Shown one piece after another: positions 10,713-21,924 of a stretch of DNA of 64,000 nt; position 1 is the stretch's first letter; every line of letters begins with the position of its first letter. Origin of the DNA: Escherichia coli. Its GTDB lineage: Bacteria > Pseudomonadota > Gammaproteobacteria > Enterobacterales > Enterobacteriaceae. The stretch is from NCBI RefSeq assembly GCF_009931435.1, contig NZ_CP043414.1; one strand, written 5' to 3'. The position numbers and the translations under genes were made by a program. A model generated the notes under the pieces. It saw only the letters and a list, made by a program, of their open reading frames with translations, ran no database searches and was not told the origin of the DNA.

Positions 10713-10755
10713 AACGCATCAGGCAATCACGCGCCTGACGCGTCATCCGGCAACG
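10713..10755. repeat. REP-like palindromic element between convergent ddpF and osmC
   Basis: gcgcctgacgcgtcatccggca resembles REP consensus (GCCGGATG...). Confidence 0.35.
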
Positions 10756-10757
10756 CT

Positions 10758-11189
10758 TTACGATTTCAACTGGTAATCAAGCGTAATTTCAGCTTTCAGT
10801 ACCTGAGAAACCGGGCATCCTGCTTTTGCTTTCTGGATAATGCCGTCAAAAGTAGAGGCATCAATACCCGGCACCGCAACTTCGCTCTTCAGTGCGATTT
10901 TAGTAATCGCAAACCCGGCATCCACTTTATCCAGCGACACATCGGCGGTGGTATCAATCGATGTGGGCGTGAATCCTGCTTCCCCCAGCATTAATGAAAG
11001 CGCCATTGAGAAACATGCTGCATGCGCCGCGCCAATTAGTTCTTCAGGGTTAGTTCCTTTTTCGCCTTCAAAACGCGTATTAAATCCATACGGCTGTTGG
11101 TTCAGTACGCCGCTCTCGGTGGAAACGGTTCCCTTCCCGCGTTTGATATCGCCTTCCCAGTGTGCCTGACCTTTCTTATGGATTGTCAT
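10758..11189 (-). CDS. osmC: Osmotically inducible peroxiredoxin OsmC
   Basis: 143 aa ORF MTIHKKGQAHWEGDIKRGKG... Confidence 0.92.
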   Translation of the reverse strand: MTIHKKGQAHWEGDIKRGKGTVSTESGVLNQQPYGFNTRFEGEKGTNPEELIGAAHAACFSMALSLMLGEAGFTPTSIDTTADVSLDKVDAGFAITKIALKSEVAVPGIDASTFDGIIQKAKAGCPVSQVLKAEITLDYQLKS

Positions 11190-11532
11190 TGTTGCTCTCC
11201 TGTGGGCTTAAAAAGGAAATTATAGACTACGTGAGAAACAGCATGAGGATAAGCGGGATATTCCGAATAGAATCCGGCGAAAATATTATCTATGTACTTA
11301 AATAAAATTTCCACAATAGATAACCGGGAATATATAACTCAAGAGATATTGCATCAATATCAATCAACTCACACCAATAATATTCCCATTAATATCATGG
11401 AGTTAAAATATAAAAATCATCAACCAGGACTAATCTTAACAACGAAGCGGCAAATATTTGCCATGCTGAATGTGCTTTATAAATCTGCGATCCGTAGCAG
11501 ACACCATAAATACACAGACACGGAGAATCACT

Positions 11533-11748
11533 ATGTTTACTTATTATCAGGCAGAAAATTCAACAGCAGAACCCGCTCTGGTTAATGCCATTGAGCAAGG
11601 CCTTCGGGCAGAACACGGTGTTGTCACTGAAGATGACATTCTCATGGAGCTGACCAAATGGGTGGAAGCTTCTGATAACGACATCCTCAATGATATCTAC
11701 CAGCAAACGATCAATTATGTGGTCAGTGGCCAGCACCCTACGCTTTAA
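11533..11748 (+). CDS. bdm: Biofilm-dependent modulation protein
   Basis: Track ORF 11470-11748; internal ATG 11533 (MFTYYQAENSTAEPALV...) gives 71 aa. Confidence 0.8.
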   Translation: MFTYYQAENSTAEPALVNAIEQGLRAEHGVVTEDDILMELTKWVEASDNDILNDIYQQTINYVVSGQHPTL

Positions 11749-11849
11749 GGTGCTATGCTTGATCGGCAACCTAATTTAGGGGTTTAGCACGTGTTTCTTC
11801 GCTACGGCGATGTTGTCCTTAAAACTAGCAACAGGATTGAGGAGTTAAA

Positions 11850-11987
11850 ATGAAATCGAACCGTCAGGCACGTCATATTCTTGGACTGGACCATAAAATT
11901 TCTAACCAGCGCAAAATAGTTACCGAAGGTGACAAATCCAGCGTGGTAAATAACCCAACCGGCAGAAAACGCCCCGCTGAAAAGTAA
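11850..11987 (+). CDS. sra: Stationary-phase ribosome-associated protein Sra (RpsV)
   Basis: 45-codon ORF (below track cutoff) hand-translated [45 protein letters not shown]; SD ggag upstream. Confidence 0.8.
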
Positions 11988-12143
11988 TTCATAACCATCA
12001 GTCCTCAATGACGATTAAACACCATTGCCTGCGCAATGGTGTTTTTGTTTTTAACTGCTTTATACTTGGAGCCGACGCCCTGGCGGTAAAGCAAAGACGA
12101 TAAAAGCACCCCAGGGATGGATATTCAAAAAAGAGTGAGTGAC

Positions 12144-13841
12144 ATGGAACCAAAAACAAAAAAACAGCGTTCGCTTTATATTCCTTACGCTGGCCCTGTA
12201 CTGTTGGAATTTCCGTTGTTGAATAAAGGCAGTGCCTTCAGCATGGAAGAACGCCGTAACTTCAACCTGCTGGGGTTACTGCCGGAAGTGGTCGAAACCA
12301 TCGAAGAACAAGCGGAACGCGCATGGATCCAGTATCAGGGATTCAAAACCGAAATCGACAAACACATCTACCTGCGTAACATCCAGGACACCAACGAAAC
12401 CCTCTTCTACCGTCTGGTAAACAATCATCTTGATGAGATGATGCCTGTTATTTATACCCCAACCGTCGGCGCAGCCTGTGAGCGTTTTTCTGAGATCTAC
12501 CGCCGTTCACGCGGCGTGTTTATCTCTTACCAGAACCGCCACAATATGGACGATATTCTGCAAAACGTGCCGAACCATAATATTAAAGTGATTGTGGTGA
12601 CTGACGGCGAACGTATTCTGGGGCTTGGTGACCAGGGCATCGGCGGGATGGGCATTCCGATCGGTAAACTGTCGCTCTATACCGCTTGTGGCGGCATCAG
12701 CCCGGCGTATACCCTTCCGGTGGTGCTGGATGTCGGGACGAATAACCAACAGCTGCTTAACGATCCGCTGTATATGGGCTGGCGTAATCCACGTATTACT
12801 GACGACGAATACTATGAATTCGTTGATGAATTTATCCAGGCTGTGAAACAACGCTGGCCGGACGTGCTGTTGCAGTTTGAAGACTTCGCACAAAAAAATG
12901 CGATGCCGTTACTTAACCGCTATCGCAATGAAATTTGTTCTTTTAACGATGACATTCAGGGCACCGCGGCGGTAACGGTAGGCACGCTGATCGCAGCAAG
13001 TCGCGCGGCAGGTGGTCAGTTAAGCGAGAAAAAGATTGTCTTCCTCGGCGCAGGTTCAGCGGGATGCGGCATTGCCGAAATGATCATTGCCCAGACTCAG
13101 CGTGAAGGATTAAGCGAGGAAACGGCGCGGCAGAAAGTCTTTATGGTCGATCGCTTTGGTCTGCTCACCGACAAGATGCCGAATCTGCTGCCTTTCCAGA
13201 CTAAACTGGTGCAGAAGCGCGAAAATCTCAGTGACTGGGATACTGACAGCGATGTGCTGTCACTGCTTGATGTGGTGCGCAATGTCAAACCGGATATTCT
13301 GATTGGCGTCTCAGGACAGACCGGGCTGTTTACGGAAGAGATCATCCGTGAGATGCACAAACACTGTCCGCGTCCGATCGTGATGCCGCTGTCTAACCCG
13401 ACTTCACGTGTGGAAGCCACACCGCAGGACATTATCGCCTGGACCGAAGGTAACGCGCTGGTCGCCACCGGCAGTCCGTTTAATCCGGTGGTATGGAAAG
13501 ATAAAATCTACCCCATCGCCCAGTGTAACAACGCCTTCATTTTCCCTGGCATCGGGCTGGGTGTTATTGCTTCCGGCGCGTCACGTATCACCGATGAGAT
13601 GCTGATGTCGGCAAGTGAAACGCTTGCTCAATATTCGCCGCTGGTCCTGAACGGCGAAGGTCTGGTACTGCCGGAACTGAAAGATATTCAGAAAGTCTCC
13701 CGCGCAATTGCGTTTGCGGTTGGCAAAATGGCGCAGCAGCAAGGCGTGGCGGTGAAAACCTCCGCCGAAGCTCTGCAACAGGCCATTGATGATAACTTCT
13801 GGCAAGCCGAATACCGCGACTACCGCCGTACATCCATCTAA
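12144..13841 (+). CDS. maeA: NAD-dependent malic enzyme
   Basis: Track ORF 12117-13841; start at ATG 12144 ([18 protein letters not shown]...) gives 565 aa. Confidence 0.93.
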   Translation: MEPKTKKQRSLYIPYAGPVLLEFPLLNKGSAFSMEERRNFNLLGLLPEVVETIEEQAERAWIQYQGFKTEIDKHIYLRNIQDTNETLFYRLVNNHLDEMMPVIYTPTVGAACERFSEIYRRSRGVFISYQNRHNMDDILQNVPNHNIKVIVVTDGERILGLGDQGIGGMGIPIGKLSLYTACGGISPAYTLPVVLDVGTNNQQLLNDPLYMGWRNPRITDDEYYEFVDEFIQAVKQRWPDVLLQFEDFAQKNAMPLLNRYRNEICSFNDDIQGTAAVTVGTLIAASRAAGGQLSEKKIVFLGAGSAGCGIAEMIIAQTQREGLSEETARQKVFMVDRFGLLTDKMPNLLPFQTKLVQKRENLSDWDTDSDVLSLLDVVRNVKPDILIGVSGQTGLFTEEIIREMHKHCPRPIVMPLSNPTSRVEATPQDIIAWTEGNALVATGSPFNPVVWKDKIYPIAQCNNAFIFPGIGLGVIASGASRITDEMLMSASETLAQYSPLVLNGEGLVLPELKDIQKVSRAIAFAVGKMAQQQGVAVKTSAEALQQAIDDNFWQAEYRDYRRTSI

Positions 13842-13847
13842 GCCTGC

Positions 13848-13879
13848 GCCCGGTAGTGACTGCTACCGGGCAATTTTCC
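13848..13879 (+). terminator. Rho-independent terminator after maeA
   Basis: gcccggtag-loop-ctaccgggc followed by aattttcc. Confidence 0.6.
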
Positions 13880-13974
13880 TCTTCCTTTTTCAGATCTCAT
13901 CCATACTGGGTAGTGGCGAATAAATCTCATTTGCCTCACCTGCTATGCAGAACATCATCCGAAAAGGAGGAACT

Positions 13975-14985
13975 ATGAAGGCTGCAGTTGTTACGAAGGA
14001 TCATCATGTTGACGTTACAGATAAAACACTGCGCTCACTGAAACATGGCGAAGCCCTGCTGAAAATGGAGTGTTGTGGTGTGTGTCATACCGATCTTCAT
14101 GTGAAGAATGGCGATTTTGGTGACAAAACCGGCGTAATTCTGGGACACGAAGGTATTGGTGTGGTGGCAGAAGTTGGCCCCGGCGTTACCTCATTAAAAC
14201 CAGGCGATCGCGCCAGCGTGGCGTGGTTTTACGAAGGTTGCGGTCATTGCGAATACTGTAACAGTGGTAACGAAACGCTCTGCCGTTCAGTTAAAAATGC
14301 CGGATACAGCGTTGATGGCGGCATGGCGGAAGAGTGCATCGTGGTCGCCGATTACGCGGTTAAAGTGCCCGATGGCCTGGACTCCGCGGCGGCCAGCAGC
14401 ATTACCTGCGCGGGTGTCACCACCTACAAAGCAGTAAAACTGTCAAAAATTCGTCCAGGACAGTGGATTGCTATCTACGGTCTTGGCGGTCTGGGCAACC
14501 TCGCCCTGCAATACGCGAAAAATGTCTTTAATGCAAAAGTGATCGCCATTGATGTCAATGATGAGCAGTTGAAACTGGCAACCGAAATGGGTGCAGATTT
14601 AGCGATTAACTCACGCACCGAAGACGCCGCCAAAATTGTGCAGGAGAAAACCGGTGGCGCTCACGCAGCGGTGGTGACAGCGGTAGCTAAAGCTGCGTTT
14701 AACTCAGCGGTCGATGCCGTTCGTGCAGGCGGTCGTGTTGTGGCTGTCGGTCTGCCGCCGGAGTCTATGAGCCTGGACATCCCACGGCTGGTGCTGGATG
14801 GTATTGAAGTGGTCGGTTCGCTGGTCGGCACGCGCCAGGATCTCACCGAAGCCTTCCAGTTTGCCGCCGAAGGTAAAGTGGTGCCAAAAGTTGCCCTGCG
14901 TCCGTTAGCGGACATCAACACCATCTTTACTGAGATGGAAGAAGGCAAAATCCGTGGCCGTATGGTGATTGATTTCCGTCGCTAA
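13975..14985 (+). CDS. adhP: Alcohol dehydrogenase, propanol-preferring (Zn-dependent)
   Basis: Track ORF 13945-14985; start ATG 13975 ([12 protein letters not shown]...) gives 336 aa; GHEGIG zinc-ADH motif. Confidence 0.93.
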   Translation: MKAAVVTKDHHVDVTDKTLRSLKHGEALLKMECCGVCHTDLHVKNGDFGDKTGVILGHEGIGVVAEVGPGVTSLKPGDRASVAWFYEGCGHCEYCNSGNETLCRSVKNAGYSVDGGMAEECIVVADYAVKVPDGLDSAAASSITCAGVTTYKAVKLSKIRPGQWIAIYGLGGLGNLALQYAKNVFNAKVIAIDVNDEQLKLATEMGADLAINSRTEDAAKIVQEKTGGAHAAVVTAVAKAAFNSAVDAVRAGGRVVAVGLPPESMSLDIPRLVLDGIEVVGSLVGTRQDLTEAFQFAAEGKVVPKVALRPLADINTIFTEMEEGKIRGRMVIDFRR

Positions 14986-14994
14986 GAGGCCTTT

Positions 14995-15030
14995 GCTGCG
15001 ACTGCCATGTTTGAGTCGCAGCCTGTTTTG
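14995..15030 (+). terminator. Rho-independent terminator after adhP
   Basis: gctgcgact ... agtcgcagc stem followed by ctgtttt. Confidence 0.5.
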
Positions 15031-15170
15031 CGAGACGCTTTCCGCAATTTCACTCTTCTTCTTTTCCTCCCCCATCTTTCCTCTCACAATTCACGAAAAC
15101 GTAGCGAAATTTGTTGCGCTGCACGGAACAACAGTGATAGTGTTCCTTTCGAAGGAACAAGGATGAAGAG

Positions 15171-15449
15171 ATGATAATGAATTTCAGACACAAGGGATTG
15201 CGTGACTTGTTTCTTCTCGGCAAAACCTCCGGCGTTATACCGACGCAAATCAAACGATTACGCCACCGACTCGCTGTGATTGATGCAGCAAGCTGTCTTG
15301 CTGATCTCGATATGCCCGGTTACCGACTACACCCGTTAAGCGGCGATCGTGATGGAATTTGGGCGATATCTGTCTCGGGCAACTGGCGAATCACATTTGA
15401 ATTCGTCAATGGCGATGCATACATACTGGATTACGAGGACTATCACTGA
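15171..15449 (+). CDS. HigB-family (plasmid-maintenance killer type) toxin
   Basis: 92 aa; sequence pattern ([10 protein letters not shown] ... [20 protein letters not shown]) typical of HigB toxins; stop overlaps start of downstream HTH gene. Confidence 0.7.
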
Positions 15450-15733
15450 TGAAAATGGCCAATCATCCCCGCCCGGGGGACATTATTCAGGAATCACTGG
15501 ACGAACTTAATGTCAGCCTGCGCGAGTTTGCCAGAGCAATGGAAATTGCGCCCTCAACGGCAAGCCGATTGCTGACCGGAAAAGCCGCGTTGACGCCAGA
15601 AATGGCGATTAAACTTTCCGTGGTGATCGGCAGTTCGCCGCAAATGTGGCTGAATCTACAAAACGCCTGGAGTCTGGCAGAGGCAGAAAAAACGGTAGAT
15701 GTGTCGCGATTACGCCGTCTGGTTACGCAATAA
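15449..15733 (+). CDS. yddM: HigA-family HTH (XRE-type) antitoxin / putative regulator
   Basis: 94 aa; HTH region [34 protein letters not shown]; toxin-first HigBA arrangement; gene symbol from K-12 synteny (memory). Confidence 0.7.
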
Positions 15734-15785
15734 AAAAATGGCACCTTATAAAGCGCCATTTGAAACTGATGGCAAACGCAACATT

Positions 15786-15885
15786 GCCTGATGCGCTACG
15801 CTTATCTGACCTACACGTTCACTGCAATCTATTGGATTTGAACGGTTTGTAGGCCGGATAAGGCGTTCACGCCGCATCCGGCATG
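15786..15885. repeat. REP/BIME palindromic element cluster
   Basis: gcctgatgcgctacgcttatc... and gtaggccggataaggcgttcacgccgcatccggca match the classic REP consensus. Confidence 0.65.
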
Positions 15886-15913
15886 AATAAAGCCTACGTT
15901 GTCTACAATATGA

Positions 15914-15939
15914 AAATGGCGCCTTTTACAGCGCCATTT
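15914..15939 (-). terminator. Rho-independent terminator downstream of fdnI
   Basis: aaatggcgc-loop-gcgccattt hairpin; on minus strand followed by T-run. Confidence 0.5.
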
Positions 15940-15961
15940 TCAGCTTAAAGTTCAAAAGAGA

Positions 15962-16615
15962 TTATATCCCTTCTTCACTCTCTTTTTTCGCTTCTGCCTT
16001 TTCGATTTCACGATACCAGCGTGGATGGTGTTTCTTCGCCCAACGACGGCTCACCTTCCCTTCGATCATCCCTTTAATCGACCCTTTCACCCAGAATGCC
16101 ATATACATATGGATCAGGATGGCGTGGATCAGGATGATACCCGCAGCCGCGTGAATAAACAGGCTATAACGGACAACCTGTATCGGGAAGTACTGCGCAA
16201 AGTACGGACGCCAGATAATCACCCCGGTTACCAGCAGCACGAAAATCATGCTCATGATCGACCAGAACATCATCTTTTGCCCGGCGTTGTACTTACCAAC
16301 ATCCGCCACTTTGTGTTCATTGCCTTTTAATACTTCGACAATGTTCAACAGCCACGGAATATCTTTCTTATCCGGGATGTTGTGATGCACAAAACGCACA
16401 AACATAAACATCAGCGCGACGAAAATCGCAATGCCGAAGAACGGGTGCAAAATGCGTCCCATCTGCGGCGTACCGAAGGTTTGTGTCAGCCATTGCAGCG
16501 TCGGGAAGAAGAACGAAATCCCGGACAGCGCTACCAGGAAGAAGCAAATCACCACGGTCCAGTGACAGGCGCGATCAATAAACTTGGTGCGCACAATCAT
16601 TTTCGACTTACTCAT
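15962..16615 (-). CDS. fdnI: Formate dehydrogenase-N gamma (cytochrome b556) subunit
   Basis: Track ORF 15962-16657; start ATG at 16615 ([19 protein letters not shown]...) gives 217 aa; overlaps fdnH stop. Confidence 0.9.
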   Translation of the reverse strand: MSKSKMIVRTKFIDRACHWTVVICFFLVALSGISFFFPTLQWLTQTFGTPQMGRILHPFFGIAIFVALMFMFVRFVHHNIPDKKDIPWLLNIVEVLKGNEHKVADVGKYNAGQKMMFWSIMSMIFVLLVTGVIIWRPYFAQYFPIQVVRYSLFIHAAAGIILIHAILIHMYMAFWVKGSIKGMIEGKVSRRWAKKHHPRWYREIEKAEAKKESEEGI

Positions 16616-17492
16616 GATGATCCTCCTCGTCATCGTCCACTTCCTTATTCGGGCCAATACCGATGTAGTGGAAAATTAACCCGGCAAAAGTGGCGATAAA
16701 GCCAGCCGCTGCCAGCGGTTTCAACGCGCCTTTCCACAGATTTACCGATGTATCGATCTTCGGATCTTTCGGCAGACCGTGATACAGCTCCGGCTGATCG
16801 GCGTGATGCAGCACGTACATGACGTGCGTACCACCGACCCCTTCCGGATTGTAGACACCAGCATGTTCGTAACCACGCGCTTTCAGTTTCGCCACGCGCT
16901 GTTCCGCCAGCTCCAGCATCTCCTTCTTGGTGCCGAAGTGGATAGCCCCGGTCGGACAAGTTTTCACACAAGCCGGTTCCTGACCAACGCTGACGCGATC
17001 GACGCAGAGTGTGCATTTATATACCCGGTTATCCTCTTTGTTGAGGCGTGGAATATTAAACGGACACCCGGCAATGCAGTAACCACAGCCGATGCAGTTT
17101 TCCGACTGGAAATCGACAATCCCGTTAGCGTACTGAATGATCGCACCAGCAGACGGGCACGCCTTCAGGCAGCCCGGATCTTCACAGTGCATACAACCGT
17201 CTTTACGGATCAGCCACTCCAGCTTGCCGTTCTGTTCGGTTTCGCTAAAGCGCATCACCGTCCAGGACTTGGCGCTCAGATCGGCGGGGTTATCATAAAC
17301 CCCGACGCAGTGCCCCACTTCATCACGGATATCGTTCCACTCCGAACACGCCACCTGACAGGCTTTACAGCCGATACAGGTGGAAACGTCGATAAGTTTC
17401 GCGACTTCTGCTTTGTAATCACGCACCTGAGAAGGCGGCGTGATGGAGTTAGTTGCGGACCTTTTGATAATGTCCTGCGTTTCCATAGCCAT
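16608..17492 (-). CDS. fdnH: Formate dehydrogenase-N beta (4Fe-4S) subunit
   Basis: 294 aa; multiple CxxCxxCxxxCP ferredoxin motifs. Confidence 0.93.
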   Translation of the reverse strand: MAMETQDIIKRSATNSITPPSQVRDYKAEVAKLIDVSTCIGCKACQVACSEWNDIRDEVGHCVGVYDNPADLSAKSWTVMRFSETEQNGKLEWLIRKDGCMHCEDPGCLKACPSAGAIIQYANGIVDFQSENCIGCGYCIAGCPFNIPRLNKEDNRVYKCTLCVDRVSVGQEPACVKTCPTGAIHFGTKKEMLELAEQRVAKLKARGYEHAGVYNPEGVGGTHVMYVLHHADQPELYHGLPKDPKIDTSVNLWKGALKPLAAAGFIATFAGLIFHYIGIGPNKEVDDDEEDHHE

Positions 17493-17504
17493 CTGTTCGC
17501 CCCC

Positions 17505-20500
17505 TTACGCCTTCTCGATGTTGACTAAGAACGCTTTATATTCCGGCGTTTGCGAGTTTGCATCACCGACATTCGGCGTCAGAGTGTTAGCGATATAACC
17601 TTTACGCGCGACACCCTCAAAGCCCCAGTGGATTGGAATACCCACCGTTTCAACCTGCTGACCGTTTACATTCAGTGGTTTCAGACGGCGCGTTACCACA
17701 GCCACCGCGCGGATAAAGCCACGCTTGCTGGAGACAGTGACACGATCGCCATTGGCAATGCCTTTCGCCGCCGCCAGCGTTTCGCTGATTTCCACAAACT
17801 GTTCCGGCTGAGCAATTGCGTTGAGCAACGCGTGCTTGGTCCAGGTGTGGAAGTGCTCGGTCAGACGGTAGGTCGTACCCACATACGGGAACTGCTCTTT
17901 TTTACCCATCCGCAGCGCGTCTTGTTCATACAGACGAACCACCGGGTTAGACACCACGTTCGGATGCAGCGGGTTAGTGCCCAGCGGCGTTTCAATTGGC
18001 TCGTAGTGTTCCGGGAACGGACCTTCCGCCATTTTGTTGATGGCAAACAGGCGTCCCATCCCTTCCGGCTGCATGATAAACGGCCCGGTTGGCGTACCCG
18101 GTGCGGCATTGCCGAAGTCCGGAATATCGTTACCCGTCCACTTGCTGCCGTTCCACTGGATCAGCATCCGTTTCGGATCCCAAGGTTTACCGTTGATATC
18201 CGCCGAAGCACGGTTGTACAGCACGCGACGGTTGAGCGGCCACGCCCAGGCCCATCCCAGCGTATTCCCCAGACCGGACGGGTCGGAGTTATCGCGGTTG
18301 GCCATCTGGTTGCCCTGCTCTGTCCAGCTACCGGTGTAGATCCAGCAAGAAGATGCGGTTGTACCGTCATCACGCAGATGCGCAAAGCTACTCAGCAACT
18401 GCCCTTTCTTCGCAATCAGTACGCCATTAGCGTCATAGAGATCTTCCAGCGCATAGCCGTTATTCTCTTTCGCCACTTCGTCAGACTGCGGTTCGTGCGG
18501 CTGCTTGTAGTTCCAGCTCATCTTCATCAGCGGTTCTACGCCTTTACCACCTTCGGCCTGGTACAGCTCGCGCAGATGATGGTAGATACCCGCCAGAATT
18601 TCGCCGTCATTACGCGCTTCGCCCGGCGCATCCTGACCTTTCCAGTGCCACTGCAACCAGCGACCGGAGTTAGCGATAGAACCATCTTCTTCGGCAAAGC
18701 AGGTCGAAGGCAGACGGAATACTTCAGTCTGAATAGACGCCGGATCGACATCGTTCGACTCGCCGTGGTTCTGCCAGAAGGTGGAGGTTTCAGTCACCAG
18801 CGGATCGATAACCACCATGTACTTCAGCTTGCTCAGGCAGCTCACCACTTTGTTTTTGTCCGGGAAGGACGCAACCGGGTTAAAGCCCTGGCAGAAATAA
18901 CCGGTGACTTTACCTTCATCCATCATGTTGAAATACTTGATGACGTCGTAGGTCTGGTCCCACTTGGGCAGCCAGTCGTAGCCCCAGTTGTTCTCTTTCT
19001 GCGCAGCATCGCCGTAGAAAGATTTCATCAGGCTAACGAAGAACTTCGGATAGTTGCTCCAGTAGTTCACCTGATCAGCCAGCGTCGCTTTCGGCGTGTT
19101 CGCTTCCAGATACGACTGCAAATCAACCTGTTTTTCTGACGGCAGCGTCAGATAACCCGGCAGGCTGGTAGAGAGCAGACCTAAGTCAGTCAGGCCCTGA
19201 ATGTTGGAGTGACCACGCAATGCGTTCACGCCGCCACCAGCCATACCCATGTTACCGAGCAGCAACTGGATCATCGCCATAGTACGGATGTTCTGCGCAC
19301 CCACGGTGTGTTGGGTCCAGCCCAGCGCGTACAGGAAGGTGGTTGTGCGATCCGGCGCGCTGGTGGAGGCCAGCACTTCACATACTTTCAGGAAGTCAGC
19401 TTTTGGCGTACCGCAGATGTTTTCTACTACGTCCGGCGTGTAACGGGAAACGTGCGCTTTCAGCAAGTTCCACACACAGCGCGGATGGGTCAGTGTTTCA
19501 TCGCGTTTCGCATAGCCATTTTCATCGAACTGATAGTTCCAGGACGACTTATCGTACTGACGTTTTTCAGCGTCATAACCGCTGAACAGGCCGTCTTCAA
19601 AAGTAAAATCATCACGCACCAGCAGGCTGGCGTTGGTGTAATGCTTAACGTATTCGGCGTTGATCTTGTTGTTTTCGATCAGGTAGCGCAAAACGCCAGA
19701 CAGGAACGTAATGTCCGTACCGGAACGAATAGGTGCGTAGATATCCGCCACAGAAGCGGTACGCGTAAAACGGGGATCGACAACGATCAAGGTTGCATCG
19801 TTGTTGTTTTTCGCTTCCATCGCCCAGCGAAAACCGACGGGATGCGCTTCAGCAGCGTTACCGCCCATCACCATTACGACGTTAGCGTTTTTGATATCCA
19901 CCCAGTGGTTGGTCATTGCACCGCGACCAAATGTTGGAGCAAGACTTGCTACCGTTGGTCCGTGTCAGACGCGCGCCTGGTTGTCTACCGCCAGCATCCC
20001 GAGGGAGCGGGCAAATTTCTGTGTCAGCATCCCGGTTTCGTTGCTGGCACCGGAAGCACACAGCATACCGGTAGAAAGCCAACGGTTTACCGTTACGCCC
20101 TGCTCATTCTTTTCAATAAAGTTAGCGTCACGGTCTGCCTTCATCAGCTTCGCAATGCGGGAGAATGCTTCTTCCCAGCTAATGCGCTGCCATTTGTCAG
20201 AACCTGGCGCACGATATTCCGGGTAGCGCAGACGGTTTTCGCTGTTGACGTAATCCAGCAATCCGGCCCCTTTCGGGCACAGCGCACCACGGCTTACCGG
20301 ATGATCCGGGTCACCTTCAATGTGATAAATCGCTTCTCTGGCGTTTTTCGCGCCATCACCCAGGCTATACATCAATAGCCCGCAACCTACGGAACAGTAT
20401 GTACAAGTGTTACGGATCTCTTTCGCGCGTAATAATTTGTAGTTTCGCGCCTGAGCCAGTGCTTGCTTCGGGGCAAAGCCCAATGCCGCGACTGTTGTTC

Positions 20501-20552
20501 CCGCCATACCGCCCGCGCAGATTTTAAAAAATTGTCTGCGACTGACGTCCAT
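17505..20552 (-). CDS. fdnG: Formate dehydrogenase-N alpha subunit (selenocysteine-containing molybdoenzyme)
   Basis: Two in-frame track ORFs (19965-20552 and 17505-19916) joined through an in-frame TGA at 19965-19967; Tat signal MDVSRRQFFKICAGGMAG; total 1015 codons including Sec. Confidence 0.93.
19917..19967 (-). promoter_or_regulatory. Selenocysteine UGA codon with immediately downstream SECIS-like hairpin region in fdnG mRNA
   Basis: In-frame TGA flanked by conserved ...VDNQARV-U-HGPTVASLA... context; palindromic agcaag/cttgct immediately 3' of UGA. Confidence 0.6.
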
Positions 20553-20616
20553 TGCTTTCCTCTTTTTTCAGGGGTATTACTGCGCGAGGAAACTAACAGT
20601 AAAATTCTGAATCTTT

Positions 20617-20630
20617 TTGCGCGAAATCAA
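20617..20630 (-). promoter_or_regulatory. Candidate FNR box in fdnG promoter
   Basis: Minus-strand TTGAT-TTCG-CGCAA resembles FNR consensus TTGAT-N4-ATCAA, about 65-80 nt upstream of fdnG start. Confidence 0.4.
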
Positions 20631-20783
20631 AAAGAACAGCTGTTTGCCACAAAATAATCCGCCTGCGCAAATTGACCTACCTCAATAGCGGTAGAAAAAC
20701 GCACCACTGCCTGACAGGCCAGTTAAAAAAATGCTATAAAATTCAGCTTAATTTTTAACGGCAAGAGAGACAAAACAGCGAGC

Positions 20784-21665
20784 ATGACACGACAAAAAGC
20801 AACGCTCATAGGGCTAATAGCGATCGTCCTGTGGAGCACAATGGTAGGATTGATTCGCGGTGTCAGTGAGGGGCTCGGCCCGGTCGGCGGCGCAGCTGCT
20901 ATCTATTCATTAAGCGGGCTGCTGTTAATCTTCACGGTTGGATTTCCGCGAATTCGGCAGATCCCGAAAGGCTATTTGCTCGCCGGGAGTCTGTTATTCG
21001 TCAGCTATGAAATCTGTCTGGCGCTTTCCTTAGGGTATGCGGCGAGCCGTCATCAGGCGATTGAAGTAGGTATGGTGAACTATCTATGGCCCAGTCTGAC
21101 AATTCTCTTTGCCATTCTGTTTAATGGTCAGAAAACCAACTGGCTGATTGTACCTGGATTATTATTAGCCCTGGTCGGTGTCTGTTGGGTGTTAGGCGGT
21201 GACAATGGGTTACACTATGATGAAATCATCAATAATATTACCACCAGTCCATTAAGTTATTTCCTGGCGTTCATTGGCGCTTTTATCTGGGCAGCCTATT
21301 GTACAGTAACGAATAAATACGCACGCGGATTTAACGGTATTACCGTTTTCGTCCTGCTGACAGGAGCAAGTTTGTGGGTTTACTATTTTTTAACGCCGCA
21401 ACCGGAGATGGTATTTAGCACACCCGTCATGATTAAACTCATCTCTGCGGCATTTACCTTAGGATTTGCTTACGCTGCGTGGAACGTTGGCATTTTACAT
21501 GGCAACGTCACCATTATGGCAGTAGGTTCGTATTTTACGCCCGTACTTTCGTCGGCGCTTGCTGCGGTACTGCTTAGTGCTCCGCTATCGTTCTCATTCT
21601 GGCAAGGCGCACTGATGGTCTGCGGCGGTTCCCTGCTCTGCTGGCTGGCGACACGTCGTGGATAA
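20784..21665 (+). CDS. yddG: Aromatic amino acid exporter (DMT superfamily)
   Basis: 293 aa, about 10 TM segments. Confidence 0.88.
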   Translation: MTRQKATLIGLIAIVLWSTMVGLIRGVSEGLGPVGGAAAIYSLSGLLLIFTVGFPRIRQIPKGYLLAGSLLFVSYEICLALSLGYAASRHQAIEVGMVNYLWPSLTILFAILFNGQKTNWLIVPGLLLALVGVCWVLGGDNGLHYDEIINNITTSPLSYFLAFIGAFIWAAYCTVTNKYARGFNGITVFVLLTGASLWVYYFLTPQPEMVFSTPVMIKLISAAFTLGFAYAAWNVGILHGNVTIMAVGSYFTPVLSSALAAVLLSAPLSFSFWQGALMVCGGSLLCWLATRRG

Positions 21666-21924
21666 AATTATTGTCGGGTCATAGCACCCGGCAGTTAACC
21701 CGCTAAATTACGACAATAATAAAAAATAAATTTCAAATACCAGTAATTCACCTTATATCTCATTTCGACTTCGATCACATATCGACAAATAATATTATTT
21801 CATCTAGTATTCTCATTGTTTTTAATCACCATTCTATTTTAAAAACAGTATGTCATTTGTAAATGACGCCGTTTAAAATTCGTTTAGAAAATAGGTTTAA
21901 CGATAATTAAAAGGATACTGTTAA

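Noticed and set aside
11292-11585. 97-aa plus-strand ORF overlapping the bdm promoter and start
   Set aside because: Out of frame with bdm, AT-rich regulatory DNA, no RBS; the bdm frame explains the region.
19965-19967. In-frame stop codon splitting fdnG, possible pseudogene
   Set aside because: The context matches the selenocysteine site of formate dehydrogenase alpha subunits and the frame continues into conserved sequence; interpreted as a Sec codon.
17550-20378. Long plus-strand ORFs (529 aa at 17550-19139; 389 aa at 19209-20378) antisense to fdnG
   Set aside because: They lie entirely within the conserved minus-strand fdnG coding region and have Arg/His/Val-rich shadow-frame composition with no recognisable domain or RBS; antisense artefacts.
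20564-20570. TACCCCT heptamer (NarL-like) on the minus strand just upstream of the fdnG start
   Set aside because: It lies between the likely transcription start and the RBS, too close to the start codon to be a promoter NarL site; probably chance.
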